Assembly (NCBI GenBank): GCA_965219095.1
Contig: OZ244719.1
Coordinates: forward strand, 32,001 to 96,000
Direction of reading: 5' to 3'
Source of the DNA: Bdellovibrionales bacterium
Lineage (GTDB): Bacteria > Bdellovibrionota > Bdellovibrionia > Bdellovibrionales > UBA1609
DNA: 64,000 nucleotides
In this document: positions 51,214 through 61,239 of the stretch, in pieces
Layout: each line of letters starts with the position of its first letter
How positions within the stretch are numbered: position 1 is the first letter of the stretch
The notes under the pieces: generated by a model
Databases searched by the model: none
What the model was told of the DNA's origin: nothing
The model's input: only the letters and a program-made list of their open reading frames with translations
Made by a program: the position numbers and the translations under genes

Positions 51214-51975
51214 TTATAAAATAATTTTTAATTTATTTCTAGGGTTTAAAAGGATTTCATTTTTCCCAAAAAGACACCCATAGCTTGAAATCTTAACTCC
51301 CTTTTTATGAGCTTTTGTAAGTAAGTCAGCGTATTCTGGATCAATTTCCTTTTCAGGACTAAAAAACTTACAATCACTTCTTTGTGCCAAAAAGAAAATT
51401 TCTGCATTATAGCCTTTTTCCACCTTTTCTATAAGTTCTTTTAAATGTTTTTGTCCTCTCTTCGTGACAGCGTCAGGAAAGAGAGCTTTTTTATTCTGAG
51501 TATGTGCTAGAGTTACATTCTTGATTTCCATAAAATGAAAGTTTTTCTTTTCTTTGGCAGAGAGTTTTTTAAAAGTATTTTGATTTAGCCTTTCTTGTAT
51601 GGGCTTTGAACTTAAAACCAGATCTATACGTGTTTTCTCATTGATTTTCACCTCTTTTTGACAAAATTGGAACTTTTTGAGATAAGGCAGTTTTTGGGCC
51701 CTCCAAGCCTCAAAGACAATCTGGTTAGCAAGACTGGTGTTCACTCCGACTAAAGAGCTAGGGTGCTTAATGAGCTGTAAAGAGAGCTTGAGTTTTCTCT
51801 TAGGGTCTTTGCTTTCTGTAAGCAGGCAGTCAAGACCTTCCTCAAAAACTCCTTTTAGACTACCTGTATTAGCCAAATGAGCTGTTAAAACTTCATTTTT
51901 ATGCTGAATCTCTACGAAAAATCTTTTATAACGTTGAATGAGGCGAGCTTTTTTGAAAGGAGTATGAAACTTCAT
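51214..51975 (-). CDS. sfsA: DNA/RNA nuclease SfsA
   Basis: RYKRF, HLANTGS, EIKNVTL, FPDAVT.RGQKHL, IDPEY; ATG at 51975. Confidence 0.93.
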   Translation of the reverse strand: MKFHTPFKKARLIQRYKRFFVEIQHKNEVLTAHLANTGSLKGVFEEGLDCLLTESKDPKRKLKLSLQLIKHPSSLVGVNTSLANQIVFEAWRAQKLPYLKKFQFCQKEVKINEKTRIDLVLSSKPIQERLNQNTFKKLSAKEKKNFHFMEIKNVTLAHTQNKKALFPDAVTKRGQKHLKELIEKVEKGYNAEIFFLAQRSDCKFFSPEKEIDPEYADLLTKAHKKGVKISSYGCLFGKNEILLNPRNKLKIIL

Positions 51976-51990
51976 AAAAATTAGTACCCT

Positions 51991-52926
51991 ATGAAATATG
52001 ACATGAAAGAAGAAAAAAAACAAAGAATTCCTAAACCCTCTTGGCTCAAAGTGAAAGCCCCTTCAGGGAAAAAGTACCTTTCTATAAAAAACCTTTTAGA
52101 CAAGCTCAATTTAGCCACAGTTTGTCAGGAAGCCCAATGCCCTAATATAGGAGAGTGTTGGACAGGAGGAACAGCTACTTTTATGCTCATGGGGGATGTG
52201 TGTACAAGGGGATGTCGTTTTTGTGCAGTGAAGACATCAAAAAAAGGAATGGAACTTGATAAAAAAGAGCCTGAAAAAGTTGGTTTTGCCATCTCTCAAA
52301 TGGGTTTAGACTATGTTGTTTTGACCAGTGTGGATCGAGATGATTTAGAGGATCAAGGGGCTAGTCATTTTGCAAGAACTGTTGAGGTAATTAAAAACTA
52401 TGCTCCTAAACTGATTGTAGAGATTCTCACACCTGATTTTCGTGGCGATCAAAACTTGATTGACAAGGTGGCTTCATCTTCGCCTGATGTATTCGCCCAT
52501 AACGTGGAAACAGTTAAGCGTTTGACTCCTATGGTGCGTGACAGAAGAGCCACCTATGAACAAAGTTTAAATCTCCTTGAATATGTAAAAAAGCATTACA
52601 AAATTTACACAAAAACCTCTCTTATGTTAGGCTTAGGAGAAAAGGAGAGTGAAGTTAAGAAAACACTTTATGATTTAAGACAAAGAGGATGTGATGTTGT
52701 AACCTTTGGTCAGTACCTTCAACCCACAAAAAGGCATTTAAAAATAAATGAATATATACATCCTGATAAATTTAAAAACTGGCAAAAAGAAGCTGAGAGT
52801 ATGGGGTTTTTATATGTAGCAAGCGGTCCTCTTGTAAGGAGTTCTTACAAAGCAGGAGAATATTTTTTAAAAGGCATTATAGAAAAAACAAAGGATAACA
52901 AAGGAGTTGAGTTATGTCAAAAATAG
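51991..52926 (+). CDS. lipA: Lipoyl synthase
   Basis: [25 protein letters not shown]. Confidence 0.97.
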   Translation: MKYDMKEEKKQRIPKPSWLKVKAPSGKKYLSIKNLLDKLNLATVCQEAQCPNIGECWTGGTATFMLMGDVCTRGCRFCAVKTSKKGMELDKKEPEKVGFAISQMGLDYVVLTSVDRDDLEDQGASHFARTVEVIKNYAPKLIVEILTPDFRGDQNLIDKVASSSPDVFAHNVETVKRLTPMVRDRRATYEQSLNLLEYVKKHYKIYTKTSLMLGLGEKESEVKKTLYDLRQRGCDVVTFGQYLQPTKRHLKINEYIHPDKFKNWQKEAESMGFLYVASGPLVRSSYKAGEYFLKGIIEKTKDNKGVELCQK

Positions 52927-54194
52927 CCGTTACACTTCCTGATTTAGGAGAAGGTGTTACAGAGGGAGAACTTGTCAAATGGCTGGTGAAAATAGGAGAT
53001 GTAGTTTCAAAGGAACAACCTGTAGCAGAGTTTATGACAGATAAAGCTACTGTTGAAATTCCTTCACCTTATGACGGTGTGGTGGGTGAGTTGAAATATA
53101 AAGAAGGTGATAATGTAGAAGTAACAAAAGAAATTTTATCGCTTGAAAAAACACAAATAGAAAAAAAGACCTTCGAATCTCCTAAACCCTCTGTTTCTGA
53201 AACCAAGGCACCTGAAAAGCAACCAAGTTTTTCACAAAACTCTTCTCTTACAAAAACATCAGTAACTGCAAGCCCTCTTTCTACCTCTCCTCCTGTTGTG
53301 TTCAATCATGTTCTTGCAACTCCCAGCACAAGAAAGTTAGCTAGAGAATTAGGAGTTGATCTTAACCAAGTAAAGCCCACAGGACATGCAGGAAGAGTTT
53401 TGAGAGAAGATGTCTTAAAAATGACCTCTACTCACTCCCATAAACCTGTTTCTTTGTTTCAAAGACAGGCTGTTTTAGATAAGACAGAAACTGTAGAGAG
53501 ATTGCCTTTAAGGGGTTTAAGACGAAAAATTGCAAAAGCTATGCAACAGGCTAAGCAAATTGTACCTCATTTTACTCTTATGGATGAGGCCTGCGTGACA
53601 GATCTCATAGCTTTAAAAGAGCAGACTAAAGCCTTAGTTGAACCATTAGAAATTAAGATGACCTTTTTACCCTTTGTCATAAAAGCTTTGATTTTAAGTT
53701 TGAGAGAATTTCCTCAGTTGAATGCAAGCATTGATGACAAAAAAGAAGAAATTGTTTACAAAAAGTATTTCCATGTAGGCTTTGCTGCTGATACTCCTGA
53801 GGGTTTAGTGGTTCCTGTGATTCGTTTTGCTGATCAAAAAAATATTTTACAATTAAGTGAAGAGATAAATAACTTAGCTCAAAGAGCAAGGGCTGGCAAA
53901 TTAAAACGTGAAGAACTCACAGGATCCACCATCACCATTACAAACATAGGAAGTTTAGGAGGACAATATGCAACTCCTATCATCAACCACCCCGAAGTAG
54001 CCATTTTAGGAATGTACAAACTCTTTCAAAAACCTGTTTTAAAAGATGGAGTTTGGCTTTCTCTCGATTTTATGAACTTCAGTCTTACAGCGGATCACCG
54101 TTTGATCGATGGAGCTTTAGCAGCAAAGTTTTTGAGCTGTTTTATTAAAAATATAAATCATATCGGCGGTCACTTGGCTTTAGAATCTTGTTAG
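52914..54194 (+). CDS. 2-oxo-acid dehydrogenase E2 dihydrolipoamide acyltransferase
   Basis: Lipoyl TDKA, E3-binding GRVLREDV, catalytic DHRLIDG. Confidence 0.95.
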   Translation: MSKIAVTLPDLGEGVTEGELVKWLVKIGDVVSKEQPVAEFMTDKATVEIPSPYDGVVGELKYKEGDNVEVTKEILSLEKTQIEKKTFESPKPSVSETKAPEKQPSFSQNSSLTKTSVTASPLSTSPPVVFNHVLATPSTRKLARELGVDLNQVKPTGHAGRVLREDVLKMTSTHSHKPVSLFQRQAVLDKTETVERLPLRGLRRKIAKAMQQAKQIVPHFTLMDEACVTDLIALKEQTKALVEPLEIKMTFLPFVIKALILSLREFPQLNASIDDKKEEIVYKKYFHVGFAADTPEGLVVPVIRFADQKNILQLSEEINNLAQRARAGKLKREELTGSTITITNIGSLGGQYATPIINHPEVAILGMYKLFQKPVLKDGVWLSLDFMNFSLTADHRLIDGALAAKFLSCFIKNINHIGGHLALESC

Positions 54195-55615
54195 ATAAGG
54201 AGGAGGACATTATGTTTGATGTTTGTGTTATAGGGGCAGGACCAGGAGGTTATGTAGCAGCTATCAGAGCTCGTCAGTTAGGCTTGAAAGTAGCACTTAT
54301 TGAAAAAGAATTTTTAGGGGGAGTGTGTTTGAACGTAGGCTGTATTCCCTCAAAAGCTCTTATTTCTGCAGGCTCCTTTTACCATCGTATAAAAACACAG
54401 GCCTCAAACATGGGTTTTTACGTAGAAAAAACAAGTGTGGATATGAAACAACTTCATCGTTGGAAAAACAGTGTATGTGAAAAAATGTCAGGAGGGGTTC
54501 TAGCACTTCTTAAAAGCTATAAAGTAGAAGTGATCAAAGGTGAGGCTCAGTTTGAAAACTCTCATGAACTTATGATTCAAAAATCTAATGGAGAAAAGCA
54601 AAATTTAAAATCCCAAAATTTTATTTTAGCCATTGGTTCAAGGCCTATGGAGATTCCAGGATTTGAAATTAATGAAAACCAAGTGTTAAGTTCCACAGGA
54701 GTTTTAGATCTTAAAAAACTACCCAAAAAAGTTATAACTTTAGGAGGAGGTTATATCGGTCTTGAAATGAGTTCTTTTTTGTCTCATCTAGGTGTTGAAG
54801 TAGAAATTGTAGAAGCTAACTCTCAAATCCTTTTAAATCTGGCTGATTTAGATTGTGTAAAAGTTATAGAAAGGTCATTGAAAAAACAAAATGTAAAAAT
54901 CCATCTTAAAACAAAAGCTTTGAACTATAAGGTTTTAGGAAATGAAATTGAAATTCAAGTAGAAAATATGCAAAATAAGAAAAAAGAAGTTTTAAAGGCT
55001 GAAAAAATCATTTTAACAGTAGGGCGTAAACCTAATTCTGATAAAATGAACTTAAAAAGTATAGGTCTAGATGTTGATGAAAAAGGTTTTATAAAAGTTG
55101 ATGAACAAAGGCGAACTTCTTTAACTCATATTTTCGCTATTGGTGATGTGGCATGCCAACCTATGCTTGCTCATAAATCAAGTTATGAAGGCATTATGGT
55201 GGCTGAAGTTTTATCAGGACAGAACCGTGCGTTTGATGCAAAAACAATTCCCTCCGTTATCTTCACCTCTCCTGAAATCGCAAGCTGTGGTCTTTCAGAA
55301 AAGCAAGCTTACAAAAAATATTCTGATTTAAAAGTGGGGAAGTTTTCTTTTGGTGCTAATGGGAGAGCACAAAGTCTTATGGAGGCCTCCGGCTTTATAA
55401 AAGTATTAGCTGAAGGTTCAAATAATGTTATTGTAGGAGTTCACATGGTAGGGCCTGAAGTAAGCCAACTCATTAGCGAAGCCGTTTTAGCTATAGAAAT
55501 GGGAGCGACTCTTGAGGACATAGCCCTTTGTATTCATCCTCATCCTACATTGAGTGAAGTGTTCATGGAAGCCTGCCATCATGCTTTAGGAATTTGTGTT
55601 CATAGTTTAAATTAA
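54188..55615 (+). CDS. lpdA: Dihydrolipoyl dehydrogenase (likely start 54212)
   Basis: GAGPGGY, GGVCLNVGCIPSK, HPHPTLSE. Confidence 0.96.
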   Translation: MLDKEEDIMFDVCVIGAGPGGYVAAIRARQLGLKVALIEKEFLGGVCLNVGCIPSKALISAGSFYHRIKTQASNMGFYVEKTSVDMKQLHRWKNSVCEKMSGGVLALLKSYKVEVIKGEAQFENSHELMIQKSNGEKQNLKSQNFILAIGSRPMEIPGFEINENQVLSSTGVLDLKKLPKKVITLGGGYIGLEMSSFLSHLGVEVEIVEANSQILLNLADLDCVKVIERSLKKQNVKIHLKTKALNYKVLGNEIEIQVENMQNKKKEVLKAEKIILTVGRKPNSDKMNLKSIGLDVDEKGFIKVDEQRRTSLTHIFAIGDVACQPMLAHKSSYEGIMVAEVLSGQNRAFDAKTIPSVIFTSPEIASCGLSEKQAYKKYSDLKVGKFSFGANGRAQSLMEASGFIKVLAEGSNNVIVGVHMVGPEVSQLISEAVLAIEMGATLEDIALCIHPHPTLSEVFMEACHHALGICVHSLN

Positions 55616-55619
55616 ATTT

Positions 55620-56261
55620 ATGGAAGTTTTAGATCTTAAAAAAATTCCTTATAAAAAAGCTCTTTCCTATCAAGAGGAGTTAGTAGAAGAAGTCATAAAA
55701 GATGAAAGAAAGCAATTTCTTATTTTTTGTTATCATCCCTCTATTGTGACCTTAGGAAGAGGGATAAAAAGAAATAAAGAAGGTTCTATTGATGACATTA
55801 AAGGATGGAAAGGAGATGTGGCTTTTACCTCTCGAGGAGGAAGAGCTACTTATCATGGCCCTGAACAACTTGTCATTTATCCTATCTTTAAATTAAAAGA
55901 AAAAAAGCTTATAGATTATTTACGAGGCTTAGAAGATGTGATGATGAAAACACTGGCACACTTTGGACTTCATTGCACTAACCAGCCTTCTTTTATGACC
56001 CTTGATAAAAATAACTTAAATTTTACAGGTGTTTGGTGTAGAGACAAGAAAGTGTGCTCTATAGGTATTGCTATGAAAAAAAACGTTGTGTTTCATGGCT
56101 TAGCTGTTCATATTTTTAAAACATATATTTCAGGTTTAAAGCCTTGTGGCTTCTCCCCTTCGTTTCTTTCCTCTCTCGAAGAACAAGGAGTTACATTGAA
56201 ATCAAAAGAAGAAATAAAAACCGTATTTTTAAAGCACTTCAAAAAGTTAACCCCGAGTTAG
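55620..56261 (+). CDS. lipB: Octanoyltransferase LipB
   Basis: RGGRATYHGPEQLVIYP, SIGI, HGLA, PCG. Confidence 0.95.
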   Translation: MEVLDLKKIPYKKALSYQEELVEEVIKDERKQFLIFCYHPSIVTLGRGIKRNKEGSIDDIKGWKGDVAFTSRGGRATYHGPEQLVIYPIFKLKEKKLIDYLRGLEDVMMKTLAHFGLHCTNQPSFMTLDKNNLNFTGVWCRDKKVCSIGIAMKKNVVFHGLAVHIFKTYISGLKPCGFSPSFLSSLEEQGVTLKSKEEIKTVFLKHFKKLTPS

Positions 56262-56530
56262 GGGTTAGTGTCTCCCCTATAGTGAGGAGGCAAATTTTCT
56301 ATGTCCGGTCAAGATAAGCTCTATTTGTTCAAAAGAAATAAGAAAAAAGAATACCCATGCCAAACCCTTTAAAGTTAAAAAAACCGCCTCATAAAAGAAT
56401 AAGAGAAATTTAAGATCAGATAGGGCGATCAGATAACCGAGTTACAATTTTTTAAACTGAGTTACGGAAGAATCCATAACGCAAGAAGCTATTTCCTTTT
56501 ACTTTTTTTCATACAAAGTTATGCTTATTA

Positions 56531-58250
56531 CCTAAATTTGAGACAATTTTTACTCACTAGGATTTAAGAAAGTATGGAAGTGCGATTTCTCAAAATTCCT
56601 AAATTTATGGAATTCAGTATTTTTTCTTGCTTCTTATTTAAAGTAACAGTTTTCATCAACCTTACTTTTTTCTTTTTATCAGAAAAATAAACATTATACA
56701 TTGTTTCCAGCTCCTCAATGGCTTTTTGTGGAGATATTCCAACATTTTTATGATTTAATCTCATTTTTAAAATTGATAATAAAAGATAGGATAAATAACA
56801 TATGAACACATGGGCTTTAACTTTTTTGTTTAGCCAAAATCTGATAGGTTGTATATTCGAGATACCTTTCAATACTTTAAAAGCTTGTTCTATAACATCC
56901 TTGTCAAAATAAATCCTTACCATTTCCTTTTCTGAAATGGATTTCTTTGTGCAGAAAAGACAAAAAAATCCATCCAACTCTTCCTCTCTTTTTAAAAGCT
57001 CTGTCCTGATTCTGCCAGTGGCTGTTAAATATCTTTCAAAACGTTCGTTTATCTTTTTCCCTTTTTTTCTTAATTCTTGAGCCTCAAGAAGGCCCAATCT
57101 TCTTGATTCTGTTTCCTCTAATTTTTTTAATGCATTATAACAAATTACCAATTTTCCACTAATTGAAGCTAATTTATAAGTAACTCCTCCCACATAAAAA
57201 CTACTCTTATTGACTCGGACTATGCTTGATATGTTGTCCAGGAATTTTTTATTTGAAAACTTTCTTATAATAGCCTTTTCTTTCTCTCGAATGGGCAAGC
57301 CACATAAGGTATTTAAGCCTATTTCCCTAGAGGACATCAGATTTTTTTTAGAAACTACACCCCGATCATAAACAAACAGTTGAGGACGAATTTGACTTTT
57401 TCGTAAATACTCTAGAACGCATGAAAGAGTTCTTGTGTTATGAATATTTCCATCAAATGTTTTGTGAAATACAGGAACTCCTTCATTTTGTGTTGTCACC
57501 AAAGCTATTTGAATAAGATCATTTTGTCTTTGACCATCCTTACTTCTTCCTTGTTTTCCCATTGAGCAGGCCTTTCCATGAAAATAAGTGTTTGTAGTGT
57601 CATAAACTAGACCTTTGGTATCTAATTTATATGTTCTCTTGACCTTATTAAAGATGGTTTTCTGATAAGCTTCTATTTTCTCATCGTTAATACTGTCCAT
57701 TGCAGAAACCAATCGACTTTCTGTCAAAGAATCTAAGTTTAGAAGCAAATTTAAATCAGTTCTTTCATACCATTTTGGCATATTCCGTAAGCTTTTATAA
57801 TTTATACAGTGAGCGTAAGTCATGCTTAGTATTTCGTTGGAGTATTCCCCTAAAATTTCTGGAAGATTTATTTTTTTTGCAATGCTGTGAAAGGCAAGCA
57901 AGGGACCATAGATTTTTACACCATCCATTTGAATATCTTTTGATGAAAGAGAAATGACAGCCTCTTTATTAACTTCTTTTCCAATATGACGGATGTATTT
58001 CTGAACAACTTTACCTTTAACCCATCGATTTTCTACTTCTGCAAGATAAACGACACTACCCTTTTTGTATCTTCTAATAAAGCTCATGAACACCTCCTAG
58101 TGAGTATAATACTCACTATAAACCTAAGAAAAGTCAAGGCTTATTTTTCTTTGGATTGAAAATTCCTGTATTTCCCCTATAGAAATGGAGTTTCTTTGAG
58201 GTGACCTAAAATGGAAAATCCTAGTGAGTAAAATTTATCTCGAATTTAGG
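56531..58250 (-). mobile_element. IS1634-family element, second diverged copy, intact transposase 56564-58093
   Basis: CCTAAATT..CACTAGG IRs; same motifs as the 25436 ORF; flanks not duplicated. Confidence 0.92.
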
Positions 58251-58634
58251 CATATACTGAATACTTGTTGTGAGGCCTGGAATACTTTTTGCGATCAGGA
58301 GGGCAGGATTAAAAAATTATGCACTCGATCTTGGACAAAACAACAAGATGAATCAAGCTTGTAAATTAATTTGAACCTATAAATTAAATTAAATTAAATT
58401 GTGTAACTGATTTTTGTCATTTTAAATTTTACCCTCACTTTTTTACACTTATTTTAACCCATCAATCGATTTACACAACAAATAGATATACCTGAAATAA
58501 ACTTATCTTATGAAAACTTAAACTCACCTTAAAAGAAGTTTTTTTAAAACCTCCTAACTGAAACTTTTCCTTAAGTCAATTTTAAAATTTTAAATTTGAA
58601 CATGAAAATGTCGAATTAATTTCTGTAATTGGTA
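58251..58634 (+). mobile_element. IS630 type 1, 3' fragment
   Basis: NTCCEAWNTF tail, about 270-bp 3' non-coding part and right IR. Confidence 0.9.
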
Positions 58635-58815
58635 TTACTTCAAGGCTAAAAAAGCCTTCTCCTCAGGGATTGTAGAGGGTTTAAACAACAAAGTAAAACT
58701 CACTATGAGAAAATCTTACGGCTTTAGAACCTCTAAAGCTATAAAAATCGCCTTATATCATAACCTTGGAAAACTGCCAGAACCTCCGGGAACCCACAGA
58801 TTCTTTTGAGGAGGC
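58635..58815 (+). mobile_element. ISL3 3' fragment
   Basis: SSGIVEGLNNKVKL..RKSYGFR..LPEPPGTHRFF and right end. Confidence 0.88.
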
Positions 58816-58995
58816 AAACCCTTTACCACCCCTAAAGAAGAATCATAACGCAAAAAGTTATCTCTTCTTTTTTTTTTTCATACAAGGTATGCTTTTAACA
58901 AAGGATAAGAGTCTTTCCCTTTATTATTAGGTTAGAAAATAGGACTTAAGAAACAAAATAACGAAAAAACATTAGAAAAGGAGGAATTTTACGTT

Positions 58996-59844
58996 ATGAA
59001 AAAACTAATACTAACATTTTTATTTTTGATGTCTTTAGGAGGACTTTCTTATGGAGACGTCGCAAAAAAAGAAGTTCAGAGCTTAACTTTACAAGCTTCA
59101 CTAGAACAATCACATCACTTTCTGGAGGCTTCACCCTTAGCAGTAACTTCAATAACTCCCCCTAAAAAAGGGATTTTAAGGGTTAATGGGGTTCCAGGAG
59201 AAGGGCAAGATTCTGAATATGCTATCTTTGCCTGCGAAGGAACTCTCGAGGTTCCCAAAAAATATAGTTGCTATCAATTAACAGTAAAAAAATTAAACGA
59301 AGAGGTGTATCTTAAAAAAGGGCTTTATCAGTTAATATATAGTGGCACAACTCAATTTATTGAAGTGAAGGAAAAAACTCTAATTGATATCGATCTTGAC
59401 AAAATTAAGATCAATCCTCAAGGTCAAAAGTACTCTCTTTATTGGGATTTTACTAACAAGAAAATGCAAGATTTGATGATCAGAGATTTTTATACAAATC
59501 CTGGTAATAAAAGAGTTGATAGATTTTGTAATTTATATGGGAAGTACAGTCCTGATACAAAAACTATGTGTAAATATAACGCATCAAAAAACCTTGATGA
59601 ATATGCTAAAACTATAAGATTTAATGAAGATGGAAGTTATGAAGTTCCATATTTTTCTTTTGATGGTGAAAACTCTAGTTTTTTCTGGTTTTCAAGGGGA
59701 CGACAGGCTGTTAGTCACACACTTAATGATGTAAAAAAAGAAGAGAATTTTGTTTCTGTTTTTAGAGGTACTTATATTGTTCAATTTACAGATGACAACG
59801 GTCAAACCTCTGATGTTTACGGTGTTAACTCTTGGGAAGATTAA
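58996..59844 (+). CDS. Hypothetical secreted protein
   Basis: AGGAGG SD, signal peptide, 282-aa ORF, terminator after the stop. Confidence 0.85.
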   Translation: MKKLILTFLFLMSLGGLSYGDVAKKEVQSLTLQASLEQSHHFLEASPLAVTSITPPKKGILRVNGVPGEGQDSEYAIFACEGTLEVPKKYSCYQLTVKKLNEEVYLKKGLYQLIYSGTTQFIEVKEKTLIDIDLDKIKINPQGQKYSLYWDFTNKKMQDLMIRDFYTNPGNKRVDRFCNLYGKYSPDTKTMCKYNASKNLDEYAKTIRFNEDGSYEVPYFSFDGENSSFFWFSRGRQAVSHTLNDVKKEENFVSVFRGTYIVQFTDDNGQTSDVYGVNSWED

Positions 59845-59865
59845 AACAACATAACTATCACACTT

Positions 59866-59901
59866 AAAAAGAGAGGCTGGAATTTGGTTTCAGCCTTTTT
59901 T
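59866..59901 (+). terminator. Intrinsic terminator
   Basis: GAGAGGCTGGAA..TTTCAGCCTTTT followed by a T tract. Confidence 0.7.
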
Positions 59902-59970
59902 CTTTTTAGAGAGCACAACTAAAGCATTTTTTAAATCATCCGTTTACTGTAACACCAAACACATTTAAAA

Positions 59971-60023
59971 ATTCACACATTGTTAACTTGAAAAATGTTT
60001 TTTTAAGTTAACAATGTATGAAT
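59971..60023. repeat. 53-bp hairpin
   Basis: ATTCACACATTGTTAACTTGAAAAA and its near-perfect complement. Confidence 0.7.
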
Positions 60024-60088
60024 AATTTTCGTAACTGTTCAGAAAAATTCTAGTAAATTGTTGAAATTTCACTAAAAGCTCCTATGCC

Positions 60089-61230
60089 TATAGTGCTTCC
60101 GCTTAGGTTTTCCGTTTTTTTTTGAGTTGAAGTCTAGTTTTTATTCTAAGGCCTTGATAAAAAGTCATTTATTTTTAAAAATAGTTTCATATGTCAGGGT
60201 TTCTATCAAAAAAAGAGCGAAAAGATTTACTCTATGAACTATCTCTAGAAAGAAATCTTAGGTACGGAAAAAGGATTATGACAATTCTCCATTTAGATAA
60301 AGGTAAGTTGTGTAAAGATATTTCCCGTTTTCTTTTCATTGATGAGGGCACGATAAGAGCCTGTAGAGATCGTTATAACAAAGGTGGGATAGAGTGCTTA
60401 ATCAACGACAATTACAACCCTAAAAGGTCCTTTTTAACTAAGAAAGAGGAGAAAATGCTTTTAAAGGAATTAGAGAAAAGAATTTTTCCATCATCACAGT
60501 CTGTCATCCAATTCATTGAGGAGAATTTTGGTGTTACGTACTTTAACAAGTGGTGTAATTGATCTTCTCCATCGCCTTGGTTTTTCTTATAAAAAAGCCA
60601 TAGCGATACCGGGTAAGGCAAAGAGAGAAGAGCAGAAAAAGTTTGTGCGTAAATACAAGAGAATTAAGAAGAAAGACAGTCCTGTTTACTTTGCTGATTC
60701 CACACATCCTGAGTGGGGCCCTACGATTTCATATGGTTGGATAAGAGAGGGTAAGAAGTTTGAAGTGAAGACCAATTCAGGCTGGAGAAAAAGAGTGAAT
60801 GTTTGTGGAGCTATTGAGATCAATAGTTTGAAGACGGTAGTCAGGAGTTATAAGACAGTTAACGAAGTTTTTCTATGTGATATGCTCTATCATATTCATT
60901 AAGAAGTATTCCGATGAAAAAGAGATTCATCTTATCTTAGATGGGGCCGGATACAATAGATCGAAGTCTGTCAAGAAGTTCGCGAAAGAGTTGAATATAA
61001 AACTTGTTTATCTTCCTCCGTACTCACCGAATTTAAATCCTATAGAAAGGCTTTGGAAGTTTATGAAAAAAGAGGTCACAGCGAATCGATATTATGAAAA
61101 CTATGACGATTTCAAGGGAAGTTTAAGTCAATTTTTAGAGGAATACGAAAACACAGATCTAAATTAGAAACTTTGATAACTGATAACTTCTCTATCTTAG
61201 GAAACTGAAAACCTAAACGGAAGCACTATA
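60089..61230 (+). mobile_element. IS630 type 2, full length, transposase frameshifted
   Basis: TATAGTGCTTCCG / CGGAAGCACTATA IRs; transposase split into three ORFs. Confidence 0.92.
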
Positions 61231-61239
61231 TAACGTCTA

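Noticed and set aside
1691..57957. Short antisense or overlapping ORFs in the track (e.g. 1691, 2308, 15104, 25686, 30907, 53069, 57700)
   Set aside because: Shadow frames of well-supported genes with no recognisable motifs
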